Positions 20,004 to 30,222 of a stretch of 64,000 nucleotides of DNA are shown here, in pieces (the first letter of the stretch is position 1; every line of letters starts with the position of its first letter). Origin of the DNA: Aulosira sp. ZfuVER01 (GTDB lineage Bacteria; Cyanobacteriota; Cyanobacteriia; Cyanobacteriales; Nostocaceae); the NCBI GenBank assembly GCA_034530615.2, contig JAVRCV020000006.1, positions 1-64,000 of the forward strand, read 5' to 3'. A program made the translations under genes and the position numbers. The notes beneath the pieces were generated by a model. The model ran no database searches, was not told the origin of the DNA, and was given only the letters and a program-made list of their open reading frames with translations.

Positions 20004-21167
20004 ATGCGGATATTTATCAGCACTGGCGAAGTATCTGGCGATTTGCAAGGTTCTCTACTAATTACAGCGCTGAAGCGTCAAGCTGTGGCTGCTGGCGTGG
20101 AGTTAGAGATTGTAGCGCTGGGTGGCGAAAAAATGGCAGAGGCAGGGGCGACTATACTGGGCGATACTAGTCGTATTGGTTCGGTGGGTCTTCTAGAATC
20201 CCTGCGTTATGTTGTACCAACTCTCCTAGTGCAACGAAAAGCGATCGCCTATTTGAAACAAAATCCCCCTGACTTGGTGCTGCTAATTGACTATATGGGG
20301 CCAAATTTGGGTGTTGGCACGTATATGCAACAGAATTTACCAAACGTGCCAGTAGTCTATTACATCGCTCCTCAAGAGTGGGTATGGTCTGTGAGTTTGC
20401 GTAACACCAACCGCATTGTCGGGTTTACAAAGAAGCTTTTAGCCATCTTCCCCGAAGAAGCCCGTTATTTTCGCTCCTCAGGTGCCGATGTGACTTGGGT
20501 GGGGCATCCCCTAGTCGATCGGATGCAAACCGCCCCCAGTCGCCAGGAAGCCCGTGCTAAATTGGGAATTGACCCAGAGGCGATCGCAATTACTCTTTTA
20601 CCTGCTTCTCGTCGTCAAGAATTAAAATACCTTTTACCGATAATTTTTCAAGCTGCCCAAACTATTCAAGCTAAATTGCCAGAGGTGCAGTTCTGGATTC
20701 CTCTCTCTTTAGAAGATTTCAGAGAACCAATCGCCGCAGGGATTCAGCGTTACGGTTTGCGAGCGACAATTGTATCCAGTCAACAAAAAGAAGTGTTTGC
20801 GGCGGCTGATTTTGCGATTACCAAATCGGGCACTGTCAACTTGGAACTTGCTTTGTTAAATGTACCGCAAGTGGTTGTCTATCGCCTGAATCCCATTACA
20901 GCCTGGATTGCCCGTAAAATTTTGAAAGGTTCTATACCTTTTGCATCGCCAGTAAATTTGGTAGTGATGCGAGAAATTGTGCCAGAGTTTTTACAAGAGC
21001 AGGCTACAGCAGAGAATATTACTCAAGCCGCAATGGAATTACTGCTCAATAGCGATAAAAGACAGCAGACTCTAGCAGATTATCAAGAAATGCGGCAGAG
21101 TTTGGGAGAATTAGGAGTATGCGATCGCGCTGCTCAAGAAATTTTGCAAATGCTAGATCAAGGATGA
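20004..21167 (+). CDS. lpxB: Lipid-A-disaccharide synthase
   Basis: GEVSGD, YYIAPQEW, VGHPL, LLPASR, SGTVNLE. Confidence 0.97.
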   Translation: MRIFISTGEVSGDLQGSLLITALKRQAVAAGVELEIVALGGEKMAEAGATILGDTSRIGSVGLLESLRYVVPTLLVQRKAIAYLKQNPPDLVLLIDYMGPNLGVGTYMQQNLPNVPVVYYIAPQEWVWSVSLRNTNRIVGFTKKLLAIFPEEARYFRSSGADVTWVGHPLVDRMQTAPSRQEARAKLGIDPEAIAITLLPASRRQELKYLLPIIFQAAQTIQAKLPEVQFWIPLSLEDFREPIAAGIQRYGLRATIVSSQQKEVFAAADFAITKSGTVNLELALLNVPQVVVYRLNPITAWIARKILKGSIPFASPVNLVVMREIVPEFLQEQATAENITQAAMELLLNSDKRQQTLADYQEMRQSLGELGVCDRAAQEILQMLDQG

Positions 21168-21265
21168 AGGATAAAGTATCAAGGATGTAGGGCTTCGCCC
21201 TTCCCGAAGGGTAATATAAAATACATCTTTCAGCCTTATTCTTTAACCTTTAAACTTTTTGGGTC

Positions 21266-22573
21266 ATGGCTCATGAGTTGAGAACACAACGACCAATCGC
21301 AGTTGACTTATTTGCGGGTGCAGGCGGGATGACCTTTGGCTTTGAACAAGCTGGGTTTGATGTCCTCGCTTCTGTAGAAATTGACCCGATTCATTGTGCA
21401 ATTCACGAATTTAACTTTCCCTTTTGGACGGTTTTATGCCAAAGCGTTGTGGATACAACCGGGGAAGAGATTAGAAAGCGATCGCAAATTGGTGATCGAG
21501 AAATTGATGTAGTAATTTCTGGGTCTCCTTGCCAAGGTTTCTCTATTATTGGAAAACGAGATTTTGATGACCCACGCAACTCTCTAGTATTTCACTTTCA
21601 TCGTCTAGTTTTAGAGTTGCAACCAAAATTTTTTGTGATGGAAAATGTTCGAGGTATCACAATAGGCGAACATAAACAAATCCTCAAAACTTTGATTAGC
21701 GAGTTTCAACTTAAAGGTTATCAAGTAGAAGAAAATTATCAAATTCTCAACGCTGCTCATTACGGAGTTCCCCAAGCGAGGGAAAGATTATTTCTTCTAG
21801 GAGCAAGGGAAGATGTAGCTTTACCAAAATATCCCCAACGTATAACCCAAATAGCAAAGCCGCATAAATCCCCAAAGAAAAATTCATCTTTACTACCAAC
21901 CAGTCCTACAGTCTGGGATGCAATTGGAGATATACCAGAAGTAGAACAATATTCAGAGTTACTATTAAGAGATTGGGTTGTTGCAGAGTATGGTAAGCCT
22001 AGTAATTACGCTCTGGCACTGCGAGGTATCAAAACTTTAGAAAATGATTATTCATACACGCGCAAATTTGATTTCCAAATTCTCTCTTCCAGTTTCCGTA
22101 CCAAACATTCAAGTGCAACAATTGAACGCTTTGCTGCTACATTTCAAGGAGAAAGAGAACCAATAAGTCGTTTTCATAAACTGCATCCAGCTGGTGTTTG
22201 TAACACCTTAAGAGCAGGTACAGATATGTATCGAGGTTCTTTCACATCTCCTAGACCAATACATCCTTTTACGCCTAGATGTATCACAGTTAGAGAAGCA
22301 GCGAGGTTGCATTCCTATCCTGATTGGTTTAGATTTCATGTCACTAAATGGCACGGCTTCCGCCAAGTTGGTAACTCTGTACCTCCTTTATTAGCTAAAT
22401 CAATAGCATTAGAAATTATGAATGTGCTGGAAATACTTCCATTTAAACCTGAGGTAATTCAAGAACTTGGTGATGAAAGTTTATTGCATTTAAAGATGTT
22501 GGAAGCTGCTAAATATTATGGAGTTAATCCAAAAATAATGGAAATAAGCAATGATACATCCGAGCAAAGCTAA
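21266..22573 (+). CDS. dmtC: Orphan DNA (cytosine-5) methyltransferase, probably CGATCG-specific
   Basis: DLFAGAGG, SPCQGFS, ENV, PQARER, GNSVPP; no adjacent endonuclease. Specificity and symbol inferred from resemblance to cyanobacterial CGATCG MTases. Confidence 0.75.
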   Translation: MAHELRTQRPIAVDLFAGAGGMTFGFEQAGFDVLASVEIDPIHCAIHEFNFPFWTVLCQSVVDTTGEEIRKRSQIGDREIDVVISGSPCQGFSIIGKRDFDDPRNSLVFHFHRLVLELQPKFFVMENVRGITIGEHKQILKTLISEFQLKGYQVEENYQILNAAHYGVPQARERLFLLGAREDVALPKYPQRITQIAKPHKSPKKNSSLLPTSPTVWDAIGDIPEVEQYSELLLRDWVVAEYGKPSNYALALRGIKTLENDYSYTRKFDFQILSSSFRTKHSSATIERFAATFQGEREPISRFHKLHPAGVCNTLRAGTDMYRGSFTSPRPIHPFTPRCITVREAARLHSYPDWFRFHVTKWHGFRQVGNSVPPLLAKSIALEIMNVLEILPFKPEVIQELGDESLLHLKMLEAAKYYGVNPKIMEISNDTSEQS

Positions 22574-22879
22574 ATTATTTTTGATTTAAAAAAAGTGGCG
22601 ATCGCCCGCCGAAATGAATCCTTAGATTACTGTTGATTAAACATTGAAAAAATCTCACATTACTACCTTGCTAAGGTTTCAATAAAAACATTCGTCAGTC
22701 TTATAGAATTTAGAGCAAGATTTGCAAAGACTAAAGGCGATCGGGAATGACTGAGTATAAATAATTATGAAGCGATCGCGGCATAACAGTTCATGAAATC
22801 GAACAAAACAGAGATAATTTGCAGTTAATGGGTGCTAAACATATCTACTGCCATTCAATTCAACCGTTAACGTCACAAT

Positions 22880-24010
22880 ATGGGAGTTTGTATGCGAGTA
22901 AAGGTTATGGCACTAACTCTGTCGATCTCAATGGCTGCGGCACAAAGTGCTTATGCACAAGACACTGACATTACGAGTGAGCCATTCATGAAGGCGGCGC
23001 TGACTGTAATGGCATTCGATTACTTCGCCGCGAAATGCAAGCAGGGTGGAGGCTTTGCCGCTAGCGATGTGGGTAAAGTTGAAGCTTGGGAAACTACCAA
23101 CGGTGTCGCCCAAATCCGCGCCCGCTTGCCTGAATTCGATCGCTACCCCACCCAAAAACAGCAACTCGAACTGGCTCTGTCTACCATCACCCAACAAATT
23201 ACCAATCAATATACCAATCTCAATCCTTGCTCTGTGGCGCTTTCTGTGTCTCGGATGCCGGATGCTCAGTTCGCAAAGGTATCGCCCCAACTTCTCTCAT
23301 CGGTGAGTAAACCGCCCAAAACACCCAAAAAAGCCCAACAACCACCAGCCAGCAAGCCTGGGACTGTTACTTCCTCCTCGGACAGCGAGATTATCAAGCA
23401 GATCGATAGTTTTGGTTTCAATTCGCGTACAGCGATGGGCATCGGTGGCTTCTTGACACTCAAGATCTATCCGATTGTACTGTTTCGCAACGGTGATGCC
23501 CTCACCAATGTTGAAGGGCTTTCGTTTAACGGCGGTATCGCAGCTCACAAACGAGCCAAACCAGATGAATGGACACGTTGGCGTCGTCAGGGTGGCAAAC
23601 TAGAACTGGCAAGCAAAGACGGTTGGGAGGCGTTACCTTTCTCAAAGACATATCCGAAATTGCCAGAAAACTTCAGGCTTAACGGGTTATTTCGCTCGCT
23701 CTCTGGCACGGGGAACGTTGCGGTTGGCGGTAGCCAGTCAATCGCAGCTTGGGAGCAATATCGCTTTTCGTCTGATGGCCGAGTTATACGCGGTAATGGT
23801 GCTGGGGGAAATGCAGAGTCTGGCGACGTATCTGTTGCTGCTAGCAACGTAGCGCCAAATCAGCGCGGTCGCTATCGCATTCAAGGGATGATGCTGTATA
23901 TCAATTACGACGATGGCTCAAGCGAGCGTCGCATCTTGATTGCCGATCCGAAAGATCCTGAGACTGCCATTTGGCTGGATGGGGTTAGCTATGTACGCCG
24001 CAAGCAGTGA
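22880..24010 (+). CDS. Hypothetical secreted protein (GC-richer than flanks)
   Basis: 376 aa ORF, signal peptide ending AYA, Pro/Lys linker, Gly-rich C-terminal region. Confidence 0.8.
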   Translation: MGVCMRVKVMALTLSISMAAAQSAYAQDTDITSEPFMKAALTVMAFDYFAAKCKQGGGFAASDVGKVEAWETTNGVAQIRARLPEFDRYPTQKQQLELALSTITQQITNQYTNLNPCSVALSVSRMPDAQFAKVSPQLLSSVSKPPKTPKKAQQPPASKPGTVTSSSDSEIIKQIDSFGFNSRTAMGIGGFLTLKIYPIVLFRNGDALTNVEGLSFNGGIAAHKRAKPDEWTRWRRQGGKLELASKDGWEALPFSKTYPKLPENFRLNGLFRSLSGTGNVAVGGSQSIAAWEQYRFSSDGRVIRGNGAGGNAESGDVSVAASNVAPNQRGRYRIQGMMLYINYDDGSSERRILIADPKDPETAIWLDGVSYVRRKQ

Positions 24011-24109
24011 ATCAATTTCAGACTGCATAAACTTATGCTCTCAAACCTATTGATGGAGTGAAGGAGTTGAAACCTTGCAAAAACCACTCACATCAAAAGG
24101 AAAACAGTC

Positions 24110-24769
24110 ATGAAATCACAAATTTTGTTAAGCCTTGCTTGTTCTATGTCTTTATTAGGTGCTGTCACAGTACCAGCTAGCGCTCAACCAGTTCCTAGCG
24201 TATCACCTCAACCTACTGTGCAGCCCCAACCCCAAGCAGTTAGTCAAGATTTGACTATTCCTCAAGATACGGCAATTATTGTCTCCTTTCCCGCACCCGT
24301 CACTGTAGATGTGGGGCAAAAGAAAGATTATCCTTTAACGCTGCCTTTAGCTAGTGCAATTAAAGATGCTCAAGGTAATGTTGTAGCACCGGAAAATACT
24401 CCCGTCACCATAGTCCTTAAACCCACTGATGGGGGCGCTAAAATTGTCGCACAATCCCTAGTAATTAATGGTCGAATTGTCTCAATTAAAGCATCGAGTC
24501 AGATGATTCCTGGCACGACTATTACCCATAAGCGAGCTAATGACAAAGCTGTAGAAAATGGTTCTGTTTGGGGTAGACTTACTGGCAGTACTTTGGGCTT
24601 TTTGAGCAATGGAGATCCCGAACAGTTTGACAGAGGCGCAATGCTGGGAAGCGCTATTGGATTAGTCTCAGGTTTGCGTTCCGCAGAAAATACTCGTATT
24701 GTGCAGATTCCTCAAAGCAGTGTTTATGTTTTGTCTTTGGAGGCTCCTATCCAATTGTCTGCTCGCTAG
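24110..24769 (+). CDS. Hypothetical secreted protein
   Basis: Signal peptide (..PASA), beta-rich body, Gly-zipper-like GAMLGSAIG; AAGGA upstream. Confidence 0.8.
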   Translation: MKSQILLSLACSMSLLGAVTVPASAQPVPSVSPQPTVQPQPQAVSQDLTIPQDTAIIVSFPAPVTVDVGQKKDYPLTLPLASAIKDAQGNVVAPENTPVTIVLKPTDGGAKIVAQSLVINGRIVSIKASSQMIPGTTITHKRANDKAVENGSVWGRLTGSTLGFLSNGDPEQFDRGAMLGSAIGLVSGLRSAENTRIVQIPQSSVYVLSLEAPIQLSAR

Positions 24770-25763
24770 GCTGATCTTCATTAAAAAAAGCAGATTCCTT
24801 GGGATGTAGTATTGTTAAATGAAAGCCATGTCGAGTTTCAGTTTTCAGATAGCGCTCTTGTAATGGTTGCCACTGCTGCCACAATTGATAACGATTTTCT
24901 GCTAATGATTTAGTTAGCCCATGCAGATGACTATGCATATCTGATTTAAACACATCCTCAAGCCACTCAGTTAAAACTACGCTATCTTGCATTGCACCCA
25001 AAATGTCTTGGATACTTTTCACATCTGCAATATAAGCTGCATAAGACTCGCTGTATAGGTCAGAAAATAACTCCATTTGATAGCGTACACGTTTAGCTTG
25101 TTTGCGTAAACTATGAAGTATTTCACCTTGATTTGTTAGCTGCTGTTCTACTTTTTCTGCTTCCCAGTCTTTACGGATTTTCAACTCAGATTCTCCGACT
25201 TCGGTTCCCACTAGCCAACCGGGATGCAACAAGAATTGACTCACTTCTGGTAACAGTAAATCTGGGAGAACTTGCTGAATGGTAATAGATGCTAAATCTT
25301 TATAGCTTGGTTTTTCTAACCATGCTTCCAATTCTTGTTTTAGGGACTTGTAAGATTCATCTTTTAATGTTGTTTCTACTGTTACTAGTGCGTGTTCCCT
25401 TTGTTTTGTTATAGCATCAAAAGCTGTGTGCAAATATTTCTGCTCTTTTTTAGATAAACGTGGTTTGTAATCTTTTTCCAGGGTTTCTTTGAGTACATCT
25501 AAATCTCGCAGATTACCAAGACGGCGGGCAATTTTACCGATATTTTTATCACTAATTGGCTTCGATAAATCTAAGGCTATTGCAAATCTACTGACAGAAG
25601 TACGTAAGCGACGCATCCCTACTCGCATTTGATGTAATGCTTCTGGATCTTCATCTTTCTTAACTGATTTTTCCCACTTCAAGGTTTTCTTATAATGTTT
25701 TTGAATCGCCTGGTAAGCGTAGTCTCCAAGAGTTTGTATCGTTGTATTTGTATCCAATTTCAT
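24747..25763 (-). CDS. CHAD domain (polyphosphate-binding) protein
   Basis: LHQMRVGMRRLR, LGNLRDLDV, LHSLRKQAKRVRY, QDILGAMQD. Confidence 0.92.
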   Translation of the reverse strand: MKLDTNTTIQTLGDYAYQAIQKHYKKTLKWEKSVKKDEDPEALHQMRVGMRRLRTSVSRFAIALDLSKPISDKNIGKIARRLGNLRDLDVLKETLEKDYKPRLSKKEQKYLHTAFDAITKQREHALVTVETTLKDESYKSLKQELEAWLEKPSYKDLASITIQQVLPDLLLPEVSQFLLHPGWLVGTEVGESELKIRKDWEAEKVEQQLTNQGEILHSLRKQAKRVRYQMELFSDLYSESYAAYIADVKSIQDILGAMQDSVVLTEWLEDVFKSDMHSHLHGLTKSLAENRYQLWQQWQPLQERYLKTETRHGFHLTILHPKESAFFNEDQPSEQTIG

Positions 25764-26398
25764 AATTTACACCAATTGCATACTGAATCAGGTTATTGCA
25801 TGATAACATTACTCAAAAACTTGCATATATAACTTTTGATATTTTTTAAACTCAAATCTTGATACGAAAATTAGTAGGGCACTGAATTAAGTTGTTAGCT
25901 GGAAGTCGGCTGGAAATTGAACATCTGTTTTCATGGCGATCGCTAATTTTAGCCTAACTATTAAGATGTGCAAAATTTGTGCAAAAACTTAAAAGAATTG
26001 TATTTATCTATAAAAACTTAATTATTAAGTAAAACACCAAAAATTTAATATTTCGTCTTAAATACTTAAGAGAATTGTAAAATGTATAACTGTCATTTAA
26101 TATCTCAAGTATTGCTAACATTTGTAGCAAGTTTCCAAAAACACATCACAGAAATTTCAGCATTAATGCTAACCCCAGATAAACATATTTAGCTGGGATC
26201 GGATGAAACCTCAACTATTGAAAGTCTCTCTTTAACTGATACTAACAATTTTGCAGCCCACCAACACTTTCGTTTGGCAGAATTTATGGATTTACCTGCA
26301 CCAGAAAGCGAGGAAATAGTCAGGGGATGAGGGGGAAATAAGTAATTTCCTTAACTATTGCCTATTGACAATGACAAATCACTCCCCGTACTGGGGCT

Positions 26399-26803
26399 TC
26401 ATAGATTGGTGGAGATTGCCTGCACGGGACACGTGGGGATACACTGTTCACAGACAATGCAGCGCGATCGCGTGAATGTTAGCTTGTATGTCTCTGGGTT
26501 GAGGGTAAGGGCTTCAGTGGGACAAACCCCAGTACACAAGCCACAGTGGACGCAAGCCTCTTCATCAATGATAATTTCGCCCAATGTATGAGAAACATTG
26601 ATATTTTGCGATCGCATCCAATCAATCGCCGCATCTAACTGATCGATATCTCCCGATAGTTCTACTACCAGCTTGCCAATTTGATTAGGGGCAACTTGGG
26701 CGCGGATAATATTAGCAGCAACATTGAACTCTTTTGCCAATCGGTAAGTAACTGGCATTTGTACAGCGCGTTTAGGAAAGGTGAGAGTAACTCGTTTTTT
26801 CAC
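26399..26803 (-). CDS. NIL domain plus 2x[4Fe-4S] ferredoxin
   Basis: N-terminal ANII (NIL-type) motif; CVHCGLCTGVCP and CIVCEQCIPTCP. Confidence 0.93.
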   Translation of the reverse strand: MKKRVTLTFPKRAVQMPVTYRLAKEFNVAANIIRAQVAPNQIGKLVVELSGDIDQLDAAIDWMRSQNINVSHTLGEIIIDEEACVHCGLCTGVCPTEALTLNPETYKLTFTRSRCIVCEQCIPTCPVQAISTNL

Positions 26804-26957
26804 GGATTTTGCAGAGATTGGTCATTAGCCAATAGTCATAATCATCTTTTATTATTCTCTCTCATCTCCCTTATTCCCCTCATCTTCCCCATCCTCACAT
26901 CCCCAATCCTCGTTAAACTGAAGATAATACTGCTTAATAAGTTTTAATAATTCTGTT

Positions 26958-27548
26958 ATGACTCCGGATTCACCTGTTAATTCTCCAGTAAAGCCTGAAC
27001 CCACAGTAGGGGCACGTGTGAGAAATTTCTTAATTGCAATAGTAGCGATCGCCCTCAGCGTCGCTCTAGTTTTAGGACTGCGAACTGAGACAACTTCCGC
27101 TTCCCTGACAAAACTAGATGAGGCTTCAATCCCCCTAGAAGTCGCTATGAGCAACGGTAAGCCTTCACTGGTGGAGTTTTACGCTGATTGGTGTACTGTT
27201 TGCCAAAAAATGGCACCAGATATGGCTGAGTTAGAACAGCAATATGCTGACAAGCTAAATTTTGTCATGCTGAATGTCGATAATACCAAATGGTTGCCAG
27301 AAATGTTGAAATATCGGGTAGATGGAATTCCCCATTTTGTATTTTTGGGTAAGAATGGCGAAACCGTAGCACAGGCGATCGGCGATCAACCACGCACCGT
27401 TATGGCTAGCAACTTAGAAGCTTTAGTAACTGATTCCTCTCTACCTTATGCCCAAGCTAGCGGACAGGTTTCTAAATTCTCAGCACCAGTCGCACCAACA
27501 GCTAGTCAAGATGACCCCCGTAGTCACGGTAGCCAGGTGGTCAATTAG
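26958..27548 (+). CDS. txlA: Membrane-anchored thioredoxin-like protein (TxlA/HCF164 type)
   Basis: N-terminal TM helix, FYADWCTVC, VDGIPHF. Confidence 0.88.
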   Translation: MTPDSPVNSPVKPEPTVGARVRNFLIAIVAIALSVALVLGLRTETTSASLTKLDEASIPLEVAMSNGKPSLVEFYADWCTVCQKMAPDMAELEQQYADKLNFVMLNVDNTKWLPEMLKYRVDGIPHFVFLGKNGETVAQAIGDQPRTVMASNLEALVTDSSLPYAQASGQVSKFSAPVAPTASQDDPRSHGSQVVN

Positions 27549-28204
27549 CAATGTAATTATAGAATTTTTCACAATATTTATCCCCTCTTAGGCAAGCAAT
27601 AAATTTGAAAAAATTGCCATTTGTTTGAGAGGGTTTTTATTGTCTTTTTAATTACTCATTTACTTTTATACTACATAAGTATGTGTATATAAACGTGTTA
27701 ATCATAAAACTTTATTTTGCATGAAGCTTTTTAAATATATGTAACTCAAATAACTCGAAGTAAAAACACTAATCTCTAAATTATGAGATATTTTAGTGCA
27801 TTTTATTTGCGATAAAATCTAGGATGCAAAAAATCATCCTACGGATTTTAAGAATACTACTTTGGTATTAGATAAAATTTTTGTTGGCAAGCCATAACTT
27901 TCTAAAATTTCCAGTTTGTTCTCATAAATACAACAGTTTTATATTCAGCAAAGTATATTCAAAATAGACTGGCTTAATTACTAGCCTTTCTAGCTAAAAA
28001 GCTAAAGATTTAACTGAAAGCTAAGAATTTAATTAATTTTTTAGCAATTCAGTAGAGCCTTATATCTACAAGGTATAAGTTTGATCAAAGTGTCAAAAAA
28101 GTATTTAAAAGAGTAACGACCGAAAACATTTATCGTTTGTTCCGAGATTAAATCACTAAAAATGTACAAACGCTCTATCCACTAAAACTCACATATTTTC
28201 TAAT

Positions 28205-29008
28205 ATGAACACAACACACGAACCTATACGTAAAAAAACTGCTCTTATTACTGGAGCAGCTAATGGAATTGGCTACGAATTAGCATATATTTTTGCCTTG
28301 AATGGCTACAATCTGGTATTGGTAGACAGAATGGCGCACAAATTAGCTGAAGTTGCTGAGAAATTCCGAAAACAGTTTGGTATTTTGGTTAAATCTATTG
28401 TCAAAGATTTATCAATACAAACATCACCAGAAGAAATTTTTGCTGAGTTACAACAAGAATTTATTAAGGTTGATGTGTTAGTAAATAATGCTGGGTTTGG
28501 TATTCATGGATTATTTAATGAAACCAACTTGAATACTGAGCTAGAAATGCTACAGGTAAATTTAGTATGTCTCACTCATTTAACTAAGTTATTTCTGAAA
28601 GATATGGTCAAGCAAGGCGAAGGAAAAGTATTAAATCTTTCCTCTGCTGCTGCTTTTCAACCAGGCCCTCTAATGGCAGTTTATTTTGCAACTAAAGCCT
28701 ATATCTTATCATTTTCACAAGCACTAGCGAGTGAATTAGAAGGTACAGGTGTGACTGTAACAGCTCTTTGTCCAGGGCCTACAGAATCAGCTTTTCATGA
28801 AAGAACTGGGATTGCAGGTGCTAAACAGGCAGAGAGTAATAATATGATGGATGCGAAAACAGTAGCCAAAATCGGCTATCGCGCTTTAATGGAAGGTAAA
28901 ACTGTTGCTATTCCTGGGTTGAAAAATAAATTACTTGCTGAAATCGTCAGATTTACACCGAGAAAACTAGTCACAAAAATTGTGAAAAATATGCAAGAAA
29001 TTAAATAG
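28205..29008 (+). CDS. Short-chain dehydrogenase/reductase
   Basis: TGAANGIG, NNAG, YFATK. Confidence 0.93.
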   Translation: MNTTHEPIRKKTALITGAANGIGYELAYIFALNGYNLVLVDRMAHKLAEVAEKFRKQFGILVKSIVKDLSIQTSPEEIFAELQQEFIKVDVLVNNAGFGIHGLFNETNLNTELEMLQVNLVCLTHLTKLFLKDMVKQGEGKVLNLSSAAAFQPGPLMAVYFATKAYILSFSQALASELEGTGVTVTALCPGPTESAFHERTGIAGAKQAESNNMMDAKTVAKIGYRALMEGKTVAIPGLKNKLLAEIVRFTPRKLVTKIVKNMQEIK

Positions 29009-29033
29009 TAGGAATTAAATGCTAGCGTTCTGA

Positions 29034-29070
29034 TTAAATCCCCGACTTATTGCAGAAGTCGGGGATTTAA
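29034..29070. terminator. Perfect 15-bp stem palindrome, bidirectional terminator/repeat
   Basis: TTAAATCCCCGACTT-ATTGCAG-AAGTCGGGGATTTAA between convergent genes. Confidence 0.75.
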
Positions 29071-29166
29071 ATCTACCTTGTTTCAGTGAAATTCCACCCT
29101 ACAGAATTATTCATTTATCACTAATGTTTGAGGATTTTTATAAATTTAAGCTCAATGGCAAAAGTA

Positions 29167-29412
29167 TTAGTTATCTAAATTCTGAGGTGGATACGAATCT
29201 AAAATACCACTACGAATAATTAGTTGCGGCCAGATTAATAAAAAAAATCCCATCCATATCAAGATAGGTACAGATATCAGAACTGTTAGCCAGATAATTT
29301 TAAATAGTAACCAACTACCACTAATTATGGTTACACCTGTAAGCAGTATAGACCAGGGCTGACACCACCAGGGTTTATAATTCCAAGGACTTACGGGATT
29401 TTTTTCAGACAT
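29167..29412 (-). CDS. Small membrane protein (DUF6737-like)
   Basis: PWNYKPWWCQPWSILLTG plus two TM helices; ATG at 29412. Confidence 0.8.
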   Translation of the reverse strand: MSEKNPVSPWNYKPWWCQPWSILLTGVTIISGSWLLFKIIWLTVLISVPILIWMGFFLLIWPQLIIRSGILDSYPPQNLDN

Positions 29413-29509
29413 GGTTTTTATTGAGCCGATACGCTGAGAATTATCTTTTAACATAACAGATACTTGTCCGATTTCTCTCAACTGTTTATTAAAACCCAAT
29501 AATTACCAA

Positions 29510-29538
29510 ATTCCCGATTTCTCGTAGAAGTCGGGAAT
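29510..29538. repeat. CCCGA...TCGGG palindromic repeat
   Basis: ATTCCCGATTTCT-CGT-AGAAGTCGGGAAT. Confidence 0.6.
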
Positions 29539-29608
29539 CTTATAACCTTCAAAAGTCGATATTTATCTGTTGGAATTTGCGACTAAAAGAGCGATCGCTC
29601 TTTTAAAA

Positions 29609-30085
29609 TCAGTTAGGTTTCCATTCTTGTAATGCTATATATTCATCTTTGAGAATATCGTATACTTGGATAACACCGCTAGGATTCAAGACCCGAAATA
29701 AGTAAATTGTGTCAATGTGGTCTACATGATTTTCCACTACTCGAATTGTGTAGTAAGGTGTCTCTGGAGTTGGTGAACTATCGACCATCGCCGCAACACG
29801 GATAGTTCCCCGAGAAAGGCGTTCAATTTCCTTTGCTTTACGTTTTACTTGAGGTAGTTTCCAAACTAAGTTAAAAGCTGCTTTTTCGTCAATTCCATTA
29901 GGAGTTGGAGAAACTTTTAGATCAGCGTTATTATCTGGTTCAGCAGATAGCTGTGAATACTTGATCCCCATCTGAGCATGATTTGTAAGACTTTGCGCCA
30001 TAGCTGACTGTCCTGCTATTGCTAAGAGAAATGTAATAATTAAAGAACTACAGGTCAATCCTTGCATGATGGCACTTCTAAGCAT
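29609..30085 (-). CDS. Hypothetical secreted protein
   Basis: Signal-like N-terminus (..SAMA); 158 aa. Confidence 0.7.
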   Translation of the reverse strand: MLRSAIMQGLTCSSLIITFLLAIAGQSAMAQSLTNHAQMGIKYSQLSAEPDNNADLKVSPTPNGIDEKAAFNLVWKLPQVKRKAKEIERLSRGTIRVAAMVDSSPTPETPYYTIRVVENHVDHIDTIYLFRVLNPSGVIQVYDILKDEYIALQEWKPN

Positions 30086-30222
30086 TCTGGTTCACTCTAA
30101 ATGAGAATTATTTATAAATTAAGCATATCGATAGATGAATCAAAATGTCATCTGCATTTGGAATAATGTTGGCGATCCAGATAAAGATGAGATAAAGACA
30201 AATAAGAAAGCCCTGGGAGTGG

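Noticed and set aside
21266..24010. Restriction-modification pair
   Set aside because: Downstream ORF has a signal peptide and no nuclease motif
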